From Octopus sinensis (lineage: Eukaryota): 64,000 nt of DNA. The stretch spans positions 22,940,001 through 23,004,000 of the forward strand of contig NC_043006.1 of NCBI RefSeq assembly GCF_006345805.1, written 5' to 3'. The notes under the pieces were generated by a model. The model worked only from the letters and a program-made list of their open reading frames with translations. It made no database searches and was not told where the DNA came from. Below, in pieces: positions 34,353-47,874 of this stretch; position 1 is the first letter of the stretch, and the number at the start of each line of letters is the position of its first letter. The translations under genes were made by a program, and so were the position numbers.

Positions 34353-35265
34353 CTGAGATGGTATCGAAAAGTTCCAGGACTAATTATGCTTAATAAAAAA
34401 TAACTTATTTACCTAAGTTTTAACATCATCTCCTTCGAAATAGTCACCTTGCGCAGCAATATACCGATCCCAGCGTTCCTGCCACTTTGGGAATCTGGCC
34501 TAGAAGTCGCTTTCCGTAAGCAAGGGCGAGGGCCTTCTGTGATTCGCTCTGGGTCTCGACAACGGTGTTGAAATGGCGACCTTTCGCTTACATTTTCATC
34601 TCGGGGGAGAGATGGAAGTCTGCAGGAATTAAATCAGGCGAATATGACGGGTGCGGAAGCAATAGCATGTTGTTTTTGGCGAGAAACTCGCGAGCGAGGA
34701 GAGCTCGGTGACAGGGTGCATTGTCGTCGTGAAAAATCCAACTCTTCGCGCTCCATAGATCAGGTCGCTTTCGCCGAATGTCCTCTCTCTCAAACGTTTC
34801 AAAACGTCGCAGTAGAACTCTCGATCGGTGGTCTGACCCTGGGGGACGAAGTCTCGCTGCACAAAACCACATTTCTGCGGGGTCGCTCGTGGCAGGTCTT
34901 CCAGGTCGCACATCGTTTTCTAGGGACGTTCATCGGTTTTTGAAGCATTCGTACCAATCGAAACATTGTGTACGACCCATGGCTTCATCACCGTAAGTTT
35001 GCCGAAGCATGCTCAATCTCTCTATTACAGACTTCCTAAGTTTAACACAAAATTTCATGTTGGATCTTTGTTCCAACTTCCTGTCCATGACAAAATTGCA
35101 GACTACAACATACAAGTGATCACAAAAACACAAATTTCATAACTTGCGGAATAAACACAGTGATTTCACTCGGCACACTGCCTCATGAAGGTCACTGCTT
35201 AGGTCTCACTGCGCATGCAACAGTGTGCTGGCATCTGTTGGCGCGCTACAAAACTCGTTCGAGAA
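34353..35265 (-). mobile_element. Mariner-like element, internally deleted
   Basis: MDRKLEQRSNMKFCVKL...; FHDDNAPCH; HPSYSPDLIPADF. Confidence 0.8.
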
Positions 35266-36110
35266 CCGGGAATTAAAAATCACAATCTTACGCTCATGAG
35301 TCCAACACCCTAACCACTAGGCTACGTGCCTCCACGTTGGCTACAATGCTTCGTGGTATTAGTTCCGACTATTTGCACTCTGAGTTCAAATACTACCGAG
35401 GATAACTTTGGTATCATTGTTTCGTGGTCGATAAAAAACGGTACTAATCTTAATCAGTGGACGGGTGGAATTGTAAGAACATCGGGCCGGATGAATTATT
35501 GCTGTTGTTCCGGCACTTTACGTTCTGAGTTCAAATCCTGTTCTGCTCTGCTTGGATGGTAGATTTAACCCGTCGCTCAGTTTAACAATCATCGGAATGG
35601 CATTTTGGTACCTTTGGCAGAACCCAATCTATGGAAAGCGTTTAGTTTCCAGTTTGAGGAAACCTCCCTCCCTCCAGTTTTTGAAGATCTGTAACGTGTC
35701 ATGAACACTACCCTCACCCCCTCGACTAAAAAGAGAAAAAAAACCATTCTTTTAATATTCCATTTCACAGAAACGCGGTTGTTCAGGTCGACTTTTGGTC
35801 CTTAAAATATTACATGTATCTCTTTTTGATAGGAAATAACTGGAATAAATATTTAGAAATGGTAAATTTTGATAGTCGGTATTCTGAAATGTGAAGGTGC
35901 GTGGCTTAATGGTTAGAATATTCGGCTCACGATCATAAAGTCATGAGTTCGACTCCTGGCGGTCTGTATGTCCTTGAGCAAGGCACTTTATTTCGTGTTG
36001 TTCCAGTTCACTTTGTTGGCAAAAATAAGTAGAACCTAAATTTCAAAGGATCAGCCTTGTCACTTCTTTTATCACTCTACATCTCTCTGAGAACAAGGTT
36101 AGGGGTGTGG

Positions 36111-36493
36111 TGGAAGCACTCCGTCGGTTACGACGACGAGGGTTCCGGTTGATCCGATCAACGGAACAGCCTGCTCGTGAAATTAACGTGTAAGTGGCTG
36201 AGCACTCCACAGACACGTGTACCCTTAACGTAGTTCTCGGGGATATTCAGCGTGACACAGAGAGTGACAAGGCCGGCCCTTTGAAATACAGGTACAACAG
36301 AAACAGGAAGTAAGAGTGAGAGAAAGTTGTGGTGAAAGAGTACAGCAGGGATCACCACCATCCCTGCCGGAGCCTCGTGGAGCTTTAGGTGTTTTCGCTC
36401 AATAAACACTCACAACGCCCGGTCTGGGAATCGAAACCGCGATCCTACGACCGCGAGTCCGCTGCCCTAACCACTGGGCCATTGCGCCTCCAC
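36111..36493 (-). mobile_element. SINE family C nested in an older SINE (~35893-36610)
   Basis: TSD AAGGTTAGGGGT on both sides; near-identical to 22299-22682. Confidence 0.85.
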
Positions 36494-37348
36494 TAAAGGT
36501 TAGGGGTACTCGCGTCTATTGAGTCCTCAGCGCGTTGATTTCACGAGCAGGCTATTCCGTTGATCGGATCAACTCGAACACTTGTCCTCCTCACCGACGG
36601 AGTACCACGAAGAGTGAATTCTGAAATAGTAGAATATTACGCAAGAAAAGCGAACTTCCGTATTCAAATGTTCAGTGAAATGTATCTAAGAATTTAAAAA
36701 AAGTACAACTTCTGAAAATTTTGACTTGTGGATATTTGATGCCAACGATTACGTCACATTGAAAACCAAAGTTTGTAAAGATTTTTATAAATGTTATCAA
36801 AGACGTCACACTGGCAATTGATGCTAATCAAAGCGATTTTATATCAGAAATTTTATCGTTAGATTACCACCTAATGCTATATTTATAAAAAAAGGTTAAC
36901 TTCTACTGAATGTAATTTTTCTGATATTGAAAGAAAATCTTTAGCAATTATGTCGACCAAAAAACGGTGCCATCATTTTCTATTTGGTAAAAAGAAAATT
37001 GCTTGCATAGACCGTGTTTCAGTCATTGGACTGCAGCCATGCTGGGTCACTGCCCTGAATGGTTTAGTCTAACAAATCGACCCCAGTACTTATTTTTCTT
37101 AAGTCCAATACTTAATCTATCGGACGCTTTTGTCGAAACGCTAAGTTACGTGGACATAAAAAACAACAACGGTTGTCAAGCGGTGGTGGAGGCCAAACAG
37201 AAATACACACACACACACATATATATATATATTATTCAAAGGAAGTCCAACTCTGCCTGTTTTTTATGTTTTATTTATATTCTTTAGAATGTTAATGTAG
37301 AATATAGAATATATAGTATAAATGATATATATATATATAGTAAAATAG

Positions 37349-37683
37349 TGAAGCGCGTGGCTCAGTGGTTAGGGCGTCGAGCTTACGATCGTGAGGTTGT
37401 GAGCTCGAATCCCGGACCGGGCTGCGTGTTGTGTTCTTGAGCAAGACACTTTATTTCACGTTGCTCCAGTTCACTCAGCTGTAGAAATGAGTTGCGACGT
37501 CACAGGTGCCAAGCTGTATCGGCCCTTGCCTTTCCCTTGGACAACATCGGTGACGTGGAGAGGGGAGGCCGGTATGCATGGGCGACTGCTGGTCTTCCAT
37601 GAAACAACCTTGCCCAGACTTGTGCCTCAGAGAGTAACTCTCTAGGTGCAAACCTATGGTCAGTGTCTGACCGAAGGGGGTCA
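37349..37683 (+). mobile_element. SINE family D
   Basis: TGAAGCGCGTGGCTCAGTGGTTAGGGCGTCG...TCGAATCCC. Confidence 0.85.
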
Positions 37684-37857
37684 CACACATATAGTAAAAT
37701 GAAATGAAGTATTGATTGTCTTATTGAATAGATGAAATATTGAATATCAAATATTAAGGGACTAGTATACTTCCTTGCATTTAAGCAGTCTTCAAGGTCC
37801 CAGGTTGTGACAGGAATGTTTCAATATATATCTCCCTATACACAATCATACAAACCC

Positions 37858-37893
<36 letters not shown>

Positions 37894-37894
<1 letters not shown>

Positions 37895-39387
37895 AGTATG
37901 TTAGTTAGTTAGATAATTTGGCTCAAAAGCAAATAGCAAGGCCATGTAGGGGGACATGGAGTTAAGTACAGGGTGGTGTTCGTGTAAAGAGTTCAGGCCA
38001 CTTGAGGTCAAGGGAGGCTTTGAACAAAGCGGTCGTCGGCATCTTCACCATCTCGTCTGGCAGCTTGTTCCGCGGATCCGCAACCCGGACGGAGAAAGCT
38101 CCTCTCTTTCGATTGAGATGAAATCGTCGCAGGTAGAGCTTTTCTGAATGACCCCGCAGCCGACGCTCTGGAGCAGGGTGAAGAACAGCTCTTTCAAGAG
38201 GTTACACTTTCCGCTTATGATGCTGGGCGAGAATGAGATCACCACGGCGGCGGCCGCGTTTTTCTAGAGAATAAAGGTCGAGCGTCCTCAGCCTTCTTCA
38301 TAGGACAAATTTTTGAGACCATGAACCATGCGGGTAGCCAGCTTCTGGACTCTTTCGAGATGCTGTATGTCTTTGAGGAGATAAGGAGAAGAGGCTTGAA
38401 TCCCGTATTCAATATGGGTCTCACCAGGTGACATAGAGTGGTAGGAATATGGCTGCTGTGAGCATTCCGAATGACCGTCAAATCAAGAACAGAATTCCGC
38501 GTGCTTTGTTGGCAGCATGGACGCACTGGGCGAAGGCGAAAAGGAGGAATCCACCAAGATACCCAGGTCCTTTACCTGATCGGTCCTCTCCAGCAGCAGA
38601 CGACCCGGCTCGAAATCAAGTTGAGTTGCAGGAGGAGAGCCAACAGGCAGATGACAGCACTTTGACACGTTCAGACACAGGTCCCATTCGTTAGACCACC
38701 TCCAAATTTGGTGGAGGCATCGACGAAGATCCTCTATACCACCGCGAGGAGCGACCAGTTGACATCGTCGGCAAATAGAAGGGTGTGTTGCGTGAGGTCG
38801 TCGGGCAAGTCATTTATGAAGGCTAAGAACAATAAGGGCCCAAGCACTGAACCTTGAGGCACGCCACTGCTCGCACTGGAGACGTCGGACCGCGAACCAT
38901 TAACTTGGACTTGGAAGGAGCGCTCTGAGAGGAAGGCACCAACCCATCGTACAATATCCGGATGGAAACTATATGCTTGAAGCTTGACAAGTAATAGGCG
39001 GTGGTTTACCGAGTCAAAAGCTTTGGCAAAGTCCAATAAAACGATGTCAACAGCATCACTATCATCGAGGATGCACGTCACCAATTCTTCCATTACCAGT
39101 AAGTTGGTCGAGCATGATCTCTTCGGCACGAAGCCGTGTTGGGAATCAGAAATGGAGGCTGTGTTTTGGAGGTGGAGCATCATACTTTTCTTAAGGATGG
39201 TTTCGAACATCTTGCTGATTATTGATGTAAGGGAAACCGGTCGGTAGTTAAGCGGGTCTTCGCGGCTCCCTTTCTTGAAAATTGGGCAGATTATCGCTGT
39301 TCTCCAGTCCGCAGGTATAACACCCGTCGCCAATGACATATTGAATAGACGTGTTAAGGGCTCGCAGATGACCGGAGCCAACGCTTT
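37894..39387 (-). mobile_element. 5'-truncated CR1-group LINE with an RT pseudogene
   Basis: NYRPVSLTS, QHGF, LDFAKAFDSV, GVPQGSVLGPLLF and LFADD motifs; frameshifted afterwards; (TAAC)n tail. Confidence 0.9.
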
Positions 39388-40459
39388 GATATATATATAT
39401 GTGCGACGGGCTTCTTTCAGTCTCCGTCTAAAACATCCACTCACGAGACTGTGGTCAGCCCGAGGCTATAGTAGAAACCACTTGCTCAAGGTGCGACGCA
39501 GTGGGACAGAATCCGGAACCATATGGTCGAAAAACTCTTTGTGAACTTCTTGCTACACATTCATGCCTGCGCCTGCTCCTGTCCCTCTTGAATTATCTTT
39601 AATCTATGCAAATGATTTCCGAAAGCAGCAACTTCGAGGATCCTGAGGTGGTCCATCCAGATCGTGGCATTTGATTTTTTTATTTATGTACATTTAGCAT
39701 TTTTAGTATTTATAATACAATTTGAAGTAAAGTAATTTTGTCGTAGAGAATTACGACTTAAAATTTACACTAATTCTTCATACTATATAGATCTCAACAA
39801 TTTAAACAAGTCTTGTTGAATTTTTCATAGACATGGCATAAAAGATAACCAATATCTCAAAGTAACATCCCACAGAACACTAAAGTTTTCCCCCAAAATC
39901 CAGGGGTTTTATAACTGCTCAACTTGACTTTAAAGAATTGAAATCACATAAAAATATTTTTTAACTAATTTTTAGAATTCCTATATGAGCAGATATTTCA
40001 ACCAATGGGAAAACGACAATCATATTTCTTCGGCAATACGACATTACGTCATATTGCCAGCTACCACAAATTGGCGGTACTATTTGAAAATGGCTACACA
40101 CTACAGTTCTACCAAACCAGGAAAGTAGAGCCACGGTGGAGCGACAGTCTTCTCGTACTTACCAAAAATTCACAGATAAAGAGGGACGCTCGAGCAGGTG
40201 TGTTCTCGTGAGGCAACATCTAAGTTTTCTTTGTCTATACACCAAGTTTCGTATTTCTCATTACCTTCCTCAAACGACCCAGGAGATCCAAGTAAGATCT
40301 TTATTGATCTTCTGGCCATGTAGAACAGACTCATAATGAACGATACTTTTGCGATAAAGAAGGCGATCAGTATCACTTTCACATTTGAACGATCCAGAGG
40401 CACTTTTCTTGGTCGTGGAGACGATGTTCCAAACCACTGCGAGGATTGCTTTATTGTTG

Positions 40460-41340
40460 CGACAACGTAGCCGTGCATCCACGTTTCGTCACCTTTTATG
40501 ACTGTTTTGCTCCACATTGTAACAATACATCCATACTTTGTCACCTCTTATAACTGTTTTGTTCGACATCATAACCGTACACCCTTATTTTGTCACCTTT
40601 TATGACTGTTTTTGTTCTGATATACTCTTACTCTTTACTCTTTTACTTGTTTCAGTCATTTGACTGCGGCCATGCTGGTGCACCGCCTTTAGTCGAGCAA
40701 CTCGACCCCGGGACTTGTTCTTTTTGTAAGCCCAGTACTTATTCTATCGGTCTCTTTTTGCCGAACCGCTAAGTGACGGGGACGTAAACACACCAGCATC
40801 GGTTGTCAAGCAATGCTAGGGGAACAAACACAGACACACAAACACACACACATATATATATACATATATACGACAGGCTTCTTTCAGTTTCCGTCTACCA
40901 AATCCACTCACAAGGCATTGGTCGGCCCGGAGCTATAGTAGAAGACACTTGCCCAAGATGCCACGCAGTGGGACTGAACCCGGAACCATGTGGTTGGTTA
41001 GCAAGTTACTTACCACACAGCCACTCCTGCGCCTATGCCACTCCTGCGCCTATGTATCGTAACCATACACTCACGCATTGTCACCTCTTACGGTAATTGT
41101 TCCGACTTCGCAGCTATACGACCACGTTTCGTCACCTTTTACGACAGCTGTTCTCTCAACGTAGCCGGATGTCCACGTCTCTCACCTCTTAAGATAGTTT
41201 TGTTCTGACATCACAACCGTACACCAACGTTTCGACACCTCTTACCACAGTCTTGTTCCGACATCTTAGCCGTACACTCATCAACTCATGACAGTCATGT
41301 TTTGACATCACGTTTCGTCACTTTATACGACTGTTTGCAA
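40460..41340. repeat. Degenerate ~51-52-bp minisatellite, split by a SINE
   Basis: GTCACC(T) cores at 40488, 40540, 40592, 41080, 41131 and further variants. Confidence 0.75.
40623..41035 (-). mobile_element. SINE family A
   Basis: Reverse complement of 2789-3205. Confidence 0.85.
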
Positions 41341-41373
41341 AAACTTTACATCGGCATACAAACGATCAAACAG

Positions 41374-41786
41374 GGGTCTTTTCGGTTTGAACGGCAGTTT
41401 TTAACATAATTTCTAGGTAACTAAAAAATTTTAAACTTCGTATATTGGTAGAATGTGTTTATAAAACATCTTTTTCTCTTGGCTTTATTGAGAAAATTCT
41501 ATAGTTTGTAAAATATTTGTTGTTTTTTTTTTTTTCTGCAATTTCAACCAATCACTGACGTCCATTGAGTTAAAAAACATTCTGTGCCGTATGAATATGT
41601 CTCCCGTTTAAGAAACAGATTGAGTTTATTTAAATTTCTGAAGAAAAAAAGATACCCTTCCCCCACCCCTAACCCTAACCCTAAAACAGATTGAAATGCA
41701 ATAGATCGATACTAGGGTCATAATTATGGGTGACAATTTCATATGACACCGCCAGAAAAAAACTGCCGTTCAAACTGAAAAGATCC
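41374..41786. mobile_element. MITE (same family as 4873-5307) with an 8-bp TSD
   Basis: TCAAACAG at 41366-41373 and 41787-41794. Confidence 0.88.
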
Positions 41787-42716
41787 TCAAACAGCTCCTA
41801 ACTGTGACAACAAATTTTGCACAGCAACACGATATTTCTTAAATATATTTTTTTCATAAAAACACTTGGTACCAACTTTTACAGACGCCTACTTTCGGAA
41901 CCATTACAAACATTCTAGTTGGGATTCTTCCGAGTCGTAGCGCACGCTTTTGCAATGTGATAGTCATCTATTGTTGTGGTCTGATTCGGTGAATGTTTTT
42001 TTCCTAAACAAAAAAACGCGGGTATCCACTCGTGACATTACGAACAGCTCAAATAATCTGGTTTTGGGTTTGTTGAAACATTTCACAAGTTTGTCAAATC
42101 CATAAAAAAAAATTTTCACACAAGCACGTTTTTCGTAATTTATTTACAACAAGTGACAAATCGAAAAGTGGACCAAACACGTTTACTCCTGCACGAGAAA
42201 TTCGATGACGACTGACTGATGTGGAATAATGTCACTATTATTAAGAAGCTACATGTAAAAGTCGTCAGTATACGTCATTTCAAATGAGGGCACACCATAC
42301 CGGTTGGTTGAAGCGTGGGTTAAAGTTGAATTTGGGTCAGAAATTGTATGTATGCATGCATGTATGTATGTGTGTGTGTATGGATTTATGTATGTATGTA
42401 CGTATGTAGGTATGCGTGTGTGTATACACACAAACACAAGCATATATGCTTGCAACTCGATATTAAATACACACCCGTGCACATTTATATGTTTATATAT
42501 ACACATGTATATATAAGTATATATGTGTACATAAATCTTTGAATGTATATATATATATATATATACATACACACACAGACACACACACACACATATATAC
42601 ACACACACATATATATACATATACACATATATATATACATATACATATATATACATATACACATATATATATATATATATATATACATATACACATATAT
42701 ATATATATACATATAT

Positions 42717-42747
<31 letters not shown>

Positions 42748-42780
42748 ATATATAATATATATATATAATATATATATATA

Positions 42781-42924
<144 letters not shown>

Positions 42925-43365
42925 TTCTGTGTGAGTTAGAGGTTGAGAAACCAACTAATGGATAGTACCTATCCGATATACTGCTTGTAGTGTACACAAT
43001 TACTCATACCCAAATGCTGGTTATTGCGTGGCGATCTCGCAATTGAGTGTTATATATGGGCGGGAGTAAAAAATGGTTTGCTCTTGATTTATACGGCAAA
43101 TAAGAAAGTGGAGAGGATATAAAATCGACAGACACCAGCTGGTAAACATTCCAGTGTATCTATTTATTCAAATGTGTTGGATGAATCCACACACATGTAT
43201 TAGTGGGACAGATTATCAAGTAGAAAAAGTTGGTAATTGCATAAACAAGGATGTGGAAGCATATAATCACATAAGAACAAGTGAGTAATTGAACAAATAA
43301 GAAAATGGGTAAATGAGCAAATGAGCGGATTGTCACTAAAACTGAATGGTTATGCGGGTGCTAAT

Positions 43366-43492
43366 TCCTTACGGCCGTTTCTGCCAAGAGGCAACGAAAT
43401 CTTCCCGGTTATCACCATCTCTTCAGTGTCATGCAGGGATAAGCAGATAAGGCTTGGATAATGAATGTGTCTCTAGGCTTCTTCAGAAGTTC
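43366..43492 (-). ncRNA. Minimal hammerhead-like motif in a PLE-like tail
   Basis: Minus strand CUU-CUGAAGA-A-GCCUAGAG...CUCUUGGC-A-GAAA-C-GGCC-G-UA-AGG, with a palindromic stem III loop. Confidence 0.6.
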
Positions 43493-43616
43493 TAAGTGGT
43501 TGGGTGGGGGGCTAACACACATAAAAATCAGTTAACAATAGCTACAGTGTGTTTGTCTTTTTGAAATAGAGTAGAAAAAGAATATGAGTAAGAATAAGAA
43601 CAAGCACGAGAATACA

Positions 43617-44068
43617 AGTTAAGTTAAGTTAAGTTAAATTTTTGGCTCAAAAAGCAAGAAGCAAGGCCATGTAGGGGGACATAGAGTTATGTACATGGAG
43701 GGTGTTCATGCAAAGAGTTCAGGCTATTTCTGGTCAAGAGAGACTTTGAACCGAGCGGTCGTCAGCATCTTCACTATCTCGTCCGCCAGCTTATTCCACG
43801 GATCCGCAACCCGGACGGAGAAAGCCCCTCTCCTTCGATTGAGATGAAATCGTCGCAGATAGAGCTTTTCGGAGTGAGCCCGCAGCCGACGCTCTGGAGC
43901 AGGAGTGAATAACAGCTCTTTCGAGAGGTTACTCTTTCCGCTTATGATGTTGTAAGCAAGAATGAGATCTCCACGGTGTCGTCGTTTTTCTAGAGAATAA
44001 AGGTCGAGCGTCTTCAGCCTTTCTTCATAAGACAAATGCTTGAGACCAAGAACCATGCGGGTAGCCAG
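43617..44068 (-). mobile_element. 3' fragment of the CR1-group LINE family at 37894
   Basis: LSYEERLKTLDLYSLEKRRHRGDLI...FSVRVADPWNKL; (TTAAC)n tail. Confidence 0.85.
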
Positions 44069-44882
44069 AAGTGAAGTACATCATAGTATAATGATTTGGG
44101 TATAGCAAGGGGACATAAGATACAGACTTCCCGTGATGTATTATAAGATCCATGTTATTTCGTCTAGTGGTGGACAAGTGAATATAGTCGTTCTCAGGAG
44201 GAGTTTTTATAGGAAGGGTAATTTTAGGCAATAGTTTACATTATGTTTCCATAGAACTTCAGTGGTGGGTTTGATGGTATGATCCGTGTTACGGAGGTGA
44301 ACGTTTATGTGTAAAGTTCCAGTTAGTAGGTGTAACGTTGCAGAGGGTGCGGCATAAGCAACTTATGATGCACCCATCTTGGGAAAAAAGTAACGAACAC
44401 TAACATTGCACTTTGGCCATATCTTGTTCCTTTCTCTCATTGATACATTAATGTACCAAAATTCTCAAGATGTTTCTTTCTTTCTCTCCGTTGTAGCTTG
44501 AACAAGGAAGACGTGTTCTTGTCTGTCTCCTGTCCAAGCTTGATTTACGCGTTCGCCACCACAACCTCGTTTGGGCTTAGTAGTCCTTCCTGTTTGTTTT
44601 CATTGTCCTGTTTGTGTTACCAATTTTGACACTCCGCAAAATCCCAAATTTTATTTAATTTGCTTTGCAGGAGCAACTGTTTTATCGAAAGCGTATATTG
44701 TTGTTAAATGCTCGAAATACGAGAGTAGAAAAACAGCCAACAATTGATGAAGAGTTGTTCTTTATTTTGTTTGTCTTATTTTCCATTTGTGTCCTTTGCT
44801 GTACGAAAAATAGTTCATATTCCATGCACTCGTACTTCGTATTTTATGTTGTACACGCTACATGACATCCTATGCCCACATA

Positions 44883-44914
<32 letters not shown>

Positions 44915-44949
44915 CGTATAGATGTATGTACATATACGTATGTATATAT

Positions 44950-47874
44950 CAGGGGTGGGCGAATTTTTTTGATCGCGGGCCACACAGTGCGTCTTTGGAA
45001 CCTTGGCGGGCCTCATTTATAAAAATCAAGTGAAAATATTTTTAAAGGCGGTTATAGACCTATAAACACACAATTGATTGAAAGGAAATTTTGTGAAATA
45101 TTCCTGGTTTAAGTGATTTAATTTATTTTTTAGAGTATCGGGTTCATGTTTTTCGGTTATTTGCTCCTATAGTTGAAATTATTACAGGAACCTCGGTTAT
45201 TTTGGACAGCCTGTTATTGCTTACAAATTGCCAGGAACGGAATTTTCCTAGTAAAATCTGCACTAATTGTGGACAACCACCTCTTAATATTATGGACAAC
45301 CATGATGAATATTATACTTAAATTCTAGGATACCCAAAATAAAAGATTTTAAAGAGAAATAACAGTTTATTAATATGAATTGATATCTGAAACTAGAAAC
45401 GTCACCTGAAGCATTTATTTGAAAAACAAAGCGACTCTGTAAATAACAATGTCAATGAGAATGATGCAGCTGACTACTGTCATTTACCAGTTTGTCAAAA
45501 TTAGGTGTCAAGTTGCTTGTGCTGATTCTTAACACTGACAGAAGATTTGAGTCTGTGAGAAGTGATCGATTCTTCCCCTTGTTAATTTTCATGATGGAGA
45601 AAGTCTGCTCACATATGTAAGTTGATGCAAACAACACAAACATCTTTCTTGCAAATTGTTTTAGATTTTGAAACTTTTTTGAATGTAGAGAAGCATAAAA
45701 CTCGACCAGTGGTTTACTTTCAAACATCATCTTTAAAGAATTGTCAGCTTGCAAATGAATCAGTTCTAACTGCAGTTCCTCGGTAGTTGTTTCAATGTCA
45801 CAGGCAAGAGGTGAGTTAAGCAAATCGAACAGGCCTTCAACTGCCTTGAAATCAGCAAATCTTCAAATGAATTCCTTTTGTAAAGCCATCAACTGGGAAC
45901 TGTACTTGTCCGATGATTCTTGTGTAACAGACTGTGTTTTCAGCAGAGGGAAGTGAATAAATTTTTGCTCATTCAGCTGCTTGGCAAAAAGTCCAAGCTT
46001 CCATTGAAAAGCTTTCACTTCCAGGTACAATTCATGAGCAAATATACCTTTGCCTTGCAGTTTTGTGTTAAGTTCATTCAGCTTCTGCATTATGTCCACA
46101 GCAAATGCAAAATCACAAACCCATTCGTCACTCTCCATTTCGTTTAAAAAGTCACAGGAGATGTCTTGCATTTTGAGAAACATAAGAATATCTGCTTTGA
46201 GGTCCCATACTCTCTTAAGAACTTTTCCAATGCTTAACCAGCGGACATTTGTGTAGTACAGCACATCAGTAAAATCAGCCTCCACATCCTCCAAGAAACT
46301 TCGGAATTGCCTGTGTTTCAATCCCTGTGATCTTATTAAATTCACTGCATGCACCACAGGTTCGATGACATGTTTGAGTTTTAAAGATTACTTACAAAGG
46401 CTTTCTTGATGTATGATGCAGTGAAAAGACAACACACTGTGTAGTGGAAAATCTTCTTTGATTTTGTCATTCAACAACTTCACAAGGCCGGAATGTTTAC
46501 CGGTGAGTGAAGGAGCTCCATCGGTTGTAATGCTGGCCAGTTTATTTAGGGTTAATCCAGACCTGATTGAACTGTTAATGACACTGTTGAACAAATCTTT
46601 TCCAGTAGTAGTGACTTTGAGAGACTCCATAGATAACAATTCCTCTGTAATTTCAAAGTTTTCGTCAATTCCTCTGATGTAAATGAGTAACTGAGCAGTA
46701 TCCTGAATATCAGTACTCTCATCTAAAGCAATAGAAAACCACTGAAATCAACCACTGGCTGTTAACAGCTGTTCATGAATATTCACGGCAATTGCATCAA
46801 TGCGACGAACAATAGTTCTTCGTGACAGGGAAATGGCTTCTACTTTTGACTTAACTTCAGGACACACAACGCTGACAGCATCAACCATACAATCTTTGAT
46901 AAATTCTGCTTCTGCGAATGACTTGTTTTGCTTTGCAATTTTGTTGGCCAATATAAAACTTGCCTTTGTCGCGTTCCTTTGTAAAGAGGAAGTTTTATCA
47001 AACACATTTTGCTGTTGCTTCAAACGTTTTGTCAGATCATTTGCTTTCTTTTGCAGTTCTTGTTTTGATAAATTGTGTCCAAAATTGGCGTGCTTCGTTT
47101 GAAAGTGGCGTTTCAAATTATATTCCTTGAACACAGCAACTGTTTCAGAACAAATCAAACATGCAGCTTTCACTCCAACGTCGGTAAAGAAATACTTTTC
47201 AGTCCAATTTTCATTAAAAACACGACATTCCTCTTCAATTTTTCGCTTGTTAGATAGCTTCGAACAACTCATTTTGGGTAAATTTTATCAGACAACAAAA
47301 GCTAGTTTGAAACACTCGTGTCTGTACTAAATTCAAATAATCGATAGAGTGAATGATAACCAACCACAGCTCTGTGTCCAGAAAAAGCTGGTTCAAGCCC
47401 TTTTATTAACCTGGCGGCTTCTTCATTGGAACGAAACGCATCGTCCATCATGCCCTCTTCACCATCTATCACGTGATTTATTTATTTGAATGTTTCAAGC
47501 ATATCGATTGACTCGTTGTATTGCCACAATACTTGTTTCATTGTTCGATTAATTTTTGAGTTTGTAGGGTCTGACGAGAAAACACAGAAAAGATATCTTC
47601 ACCCGGAAATGTGTTTTATTATGATATCATGGGAATATTTCTCAAAATTTTTCATCGCTTCACAGTAGCTGAAACAAACAAACAGCGGACAATTTTGCGA
47701 AGGCGCGAAACAGTGAATTGAAATAAAATGCAAACTATTGTGAATTACCGTACAACTGAAACAGTTACGAAGTATCTTCATAGAAGTTGGGATTCATAAA
47801 AGCTCTCGGCGGGCCGCATGAAAAACCTATGGCGGGCCGCATGCGGCCCGCGGGCCATAGTTTGCCCACCCCTG
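44950..47874 (-). mobile_element. Full-length hAT (Buster/Charlie-SPIN group) transposon
   Basis: TIRs CAGGGGTGGGC(G/A)AA; perfect 8-bp TSD GTATATAT at 44942-44949 and 47875-47882. Confidence 0.93.
45452..47272 (-). pseudogene. hAT transposase (GTF2IRD2-like), 606 codons with three in-frame stops
   Basis: CLIC..RHFQTKH zinc finger, ALDESTD, TTDGA, FHCIIHQE, VRWLS and STYICEQTFS; all four ORF pieces share one frame; stops at 46748, 46388 and 45863. Confidence 0.9.

Larger units (their letters stand above)
39880..42300 (-). mobile_element. Old mariner-like element disrupted by a minisatellite, a SINE and a MITE
   Basis: VIKGDETWMHGY...SSQW...SPRPRK...SNVKVILIAFF; the boundaries are approximate. 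Confidence 0.6.

Noticed and set aside
41665-41685. Interstitial telomere
   Set aside because: Only about three CCCTAA units, and they are internal to a MITE.
45452-47272. Stop codons rescued by A-to-I editing
   Set aside because: Editing would give Trp where Arg or Ser is expected; ordinary point mutation is simpler.
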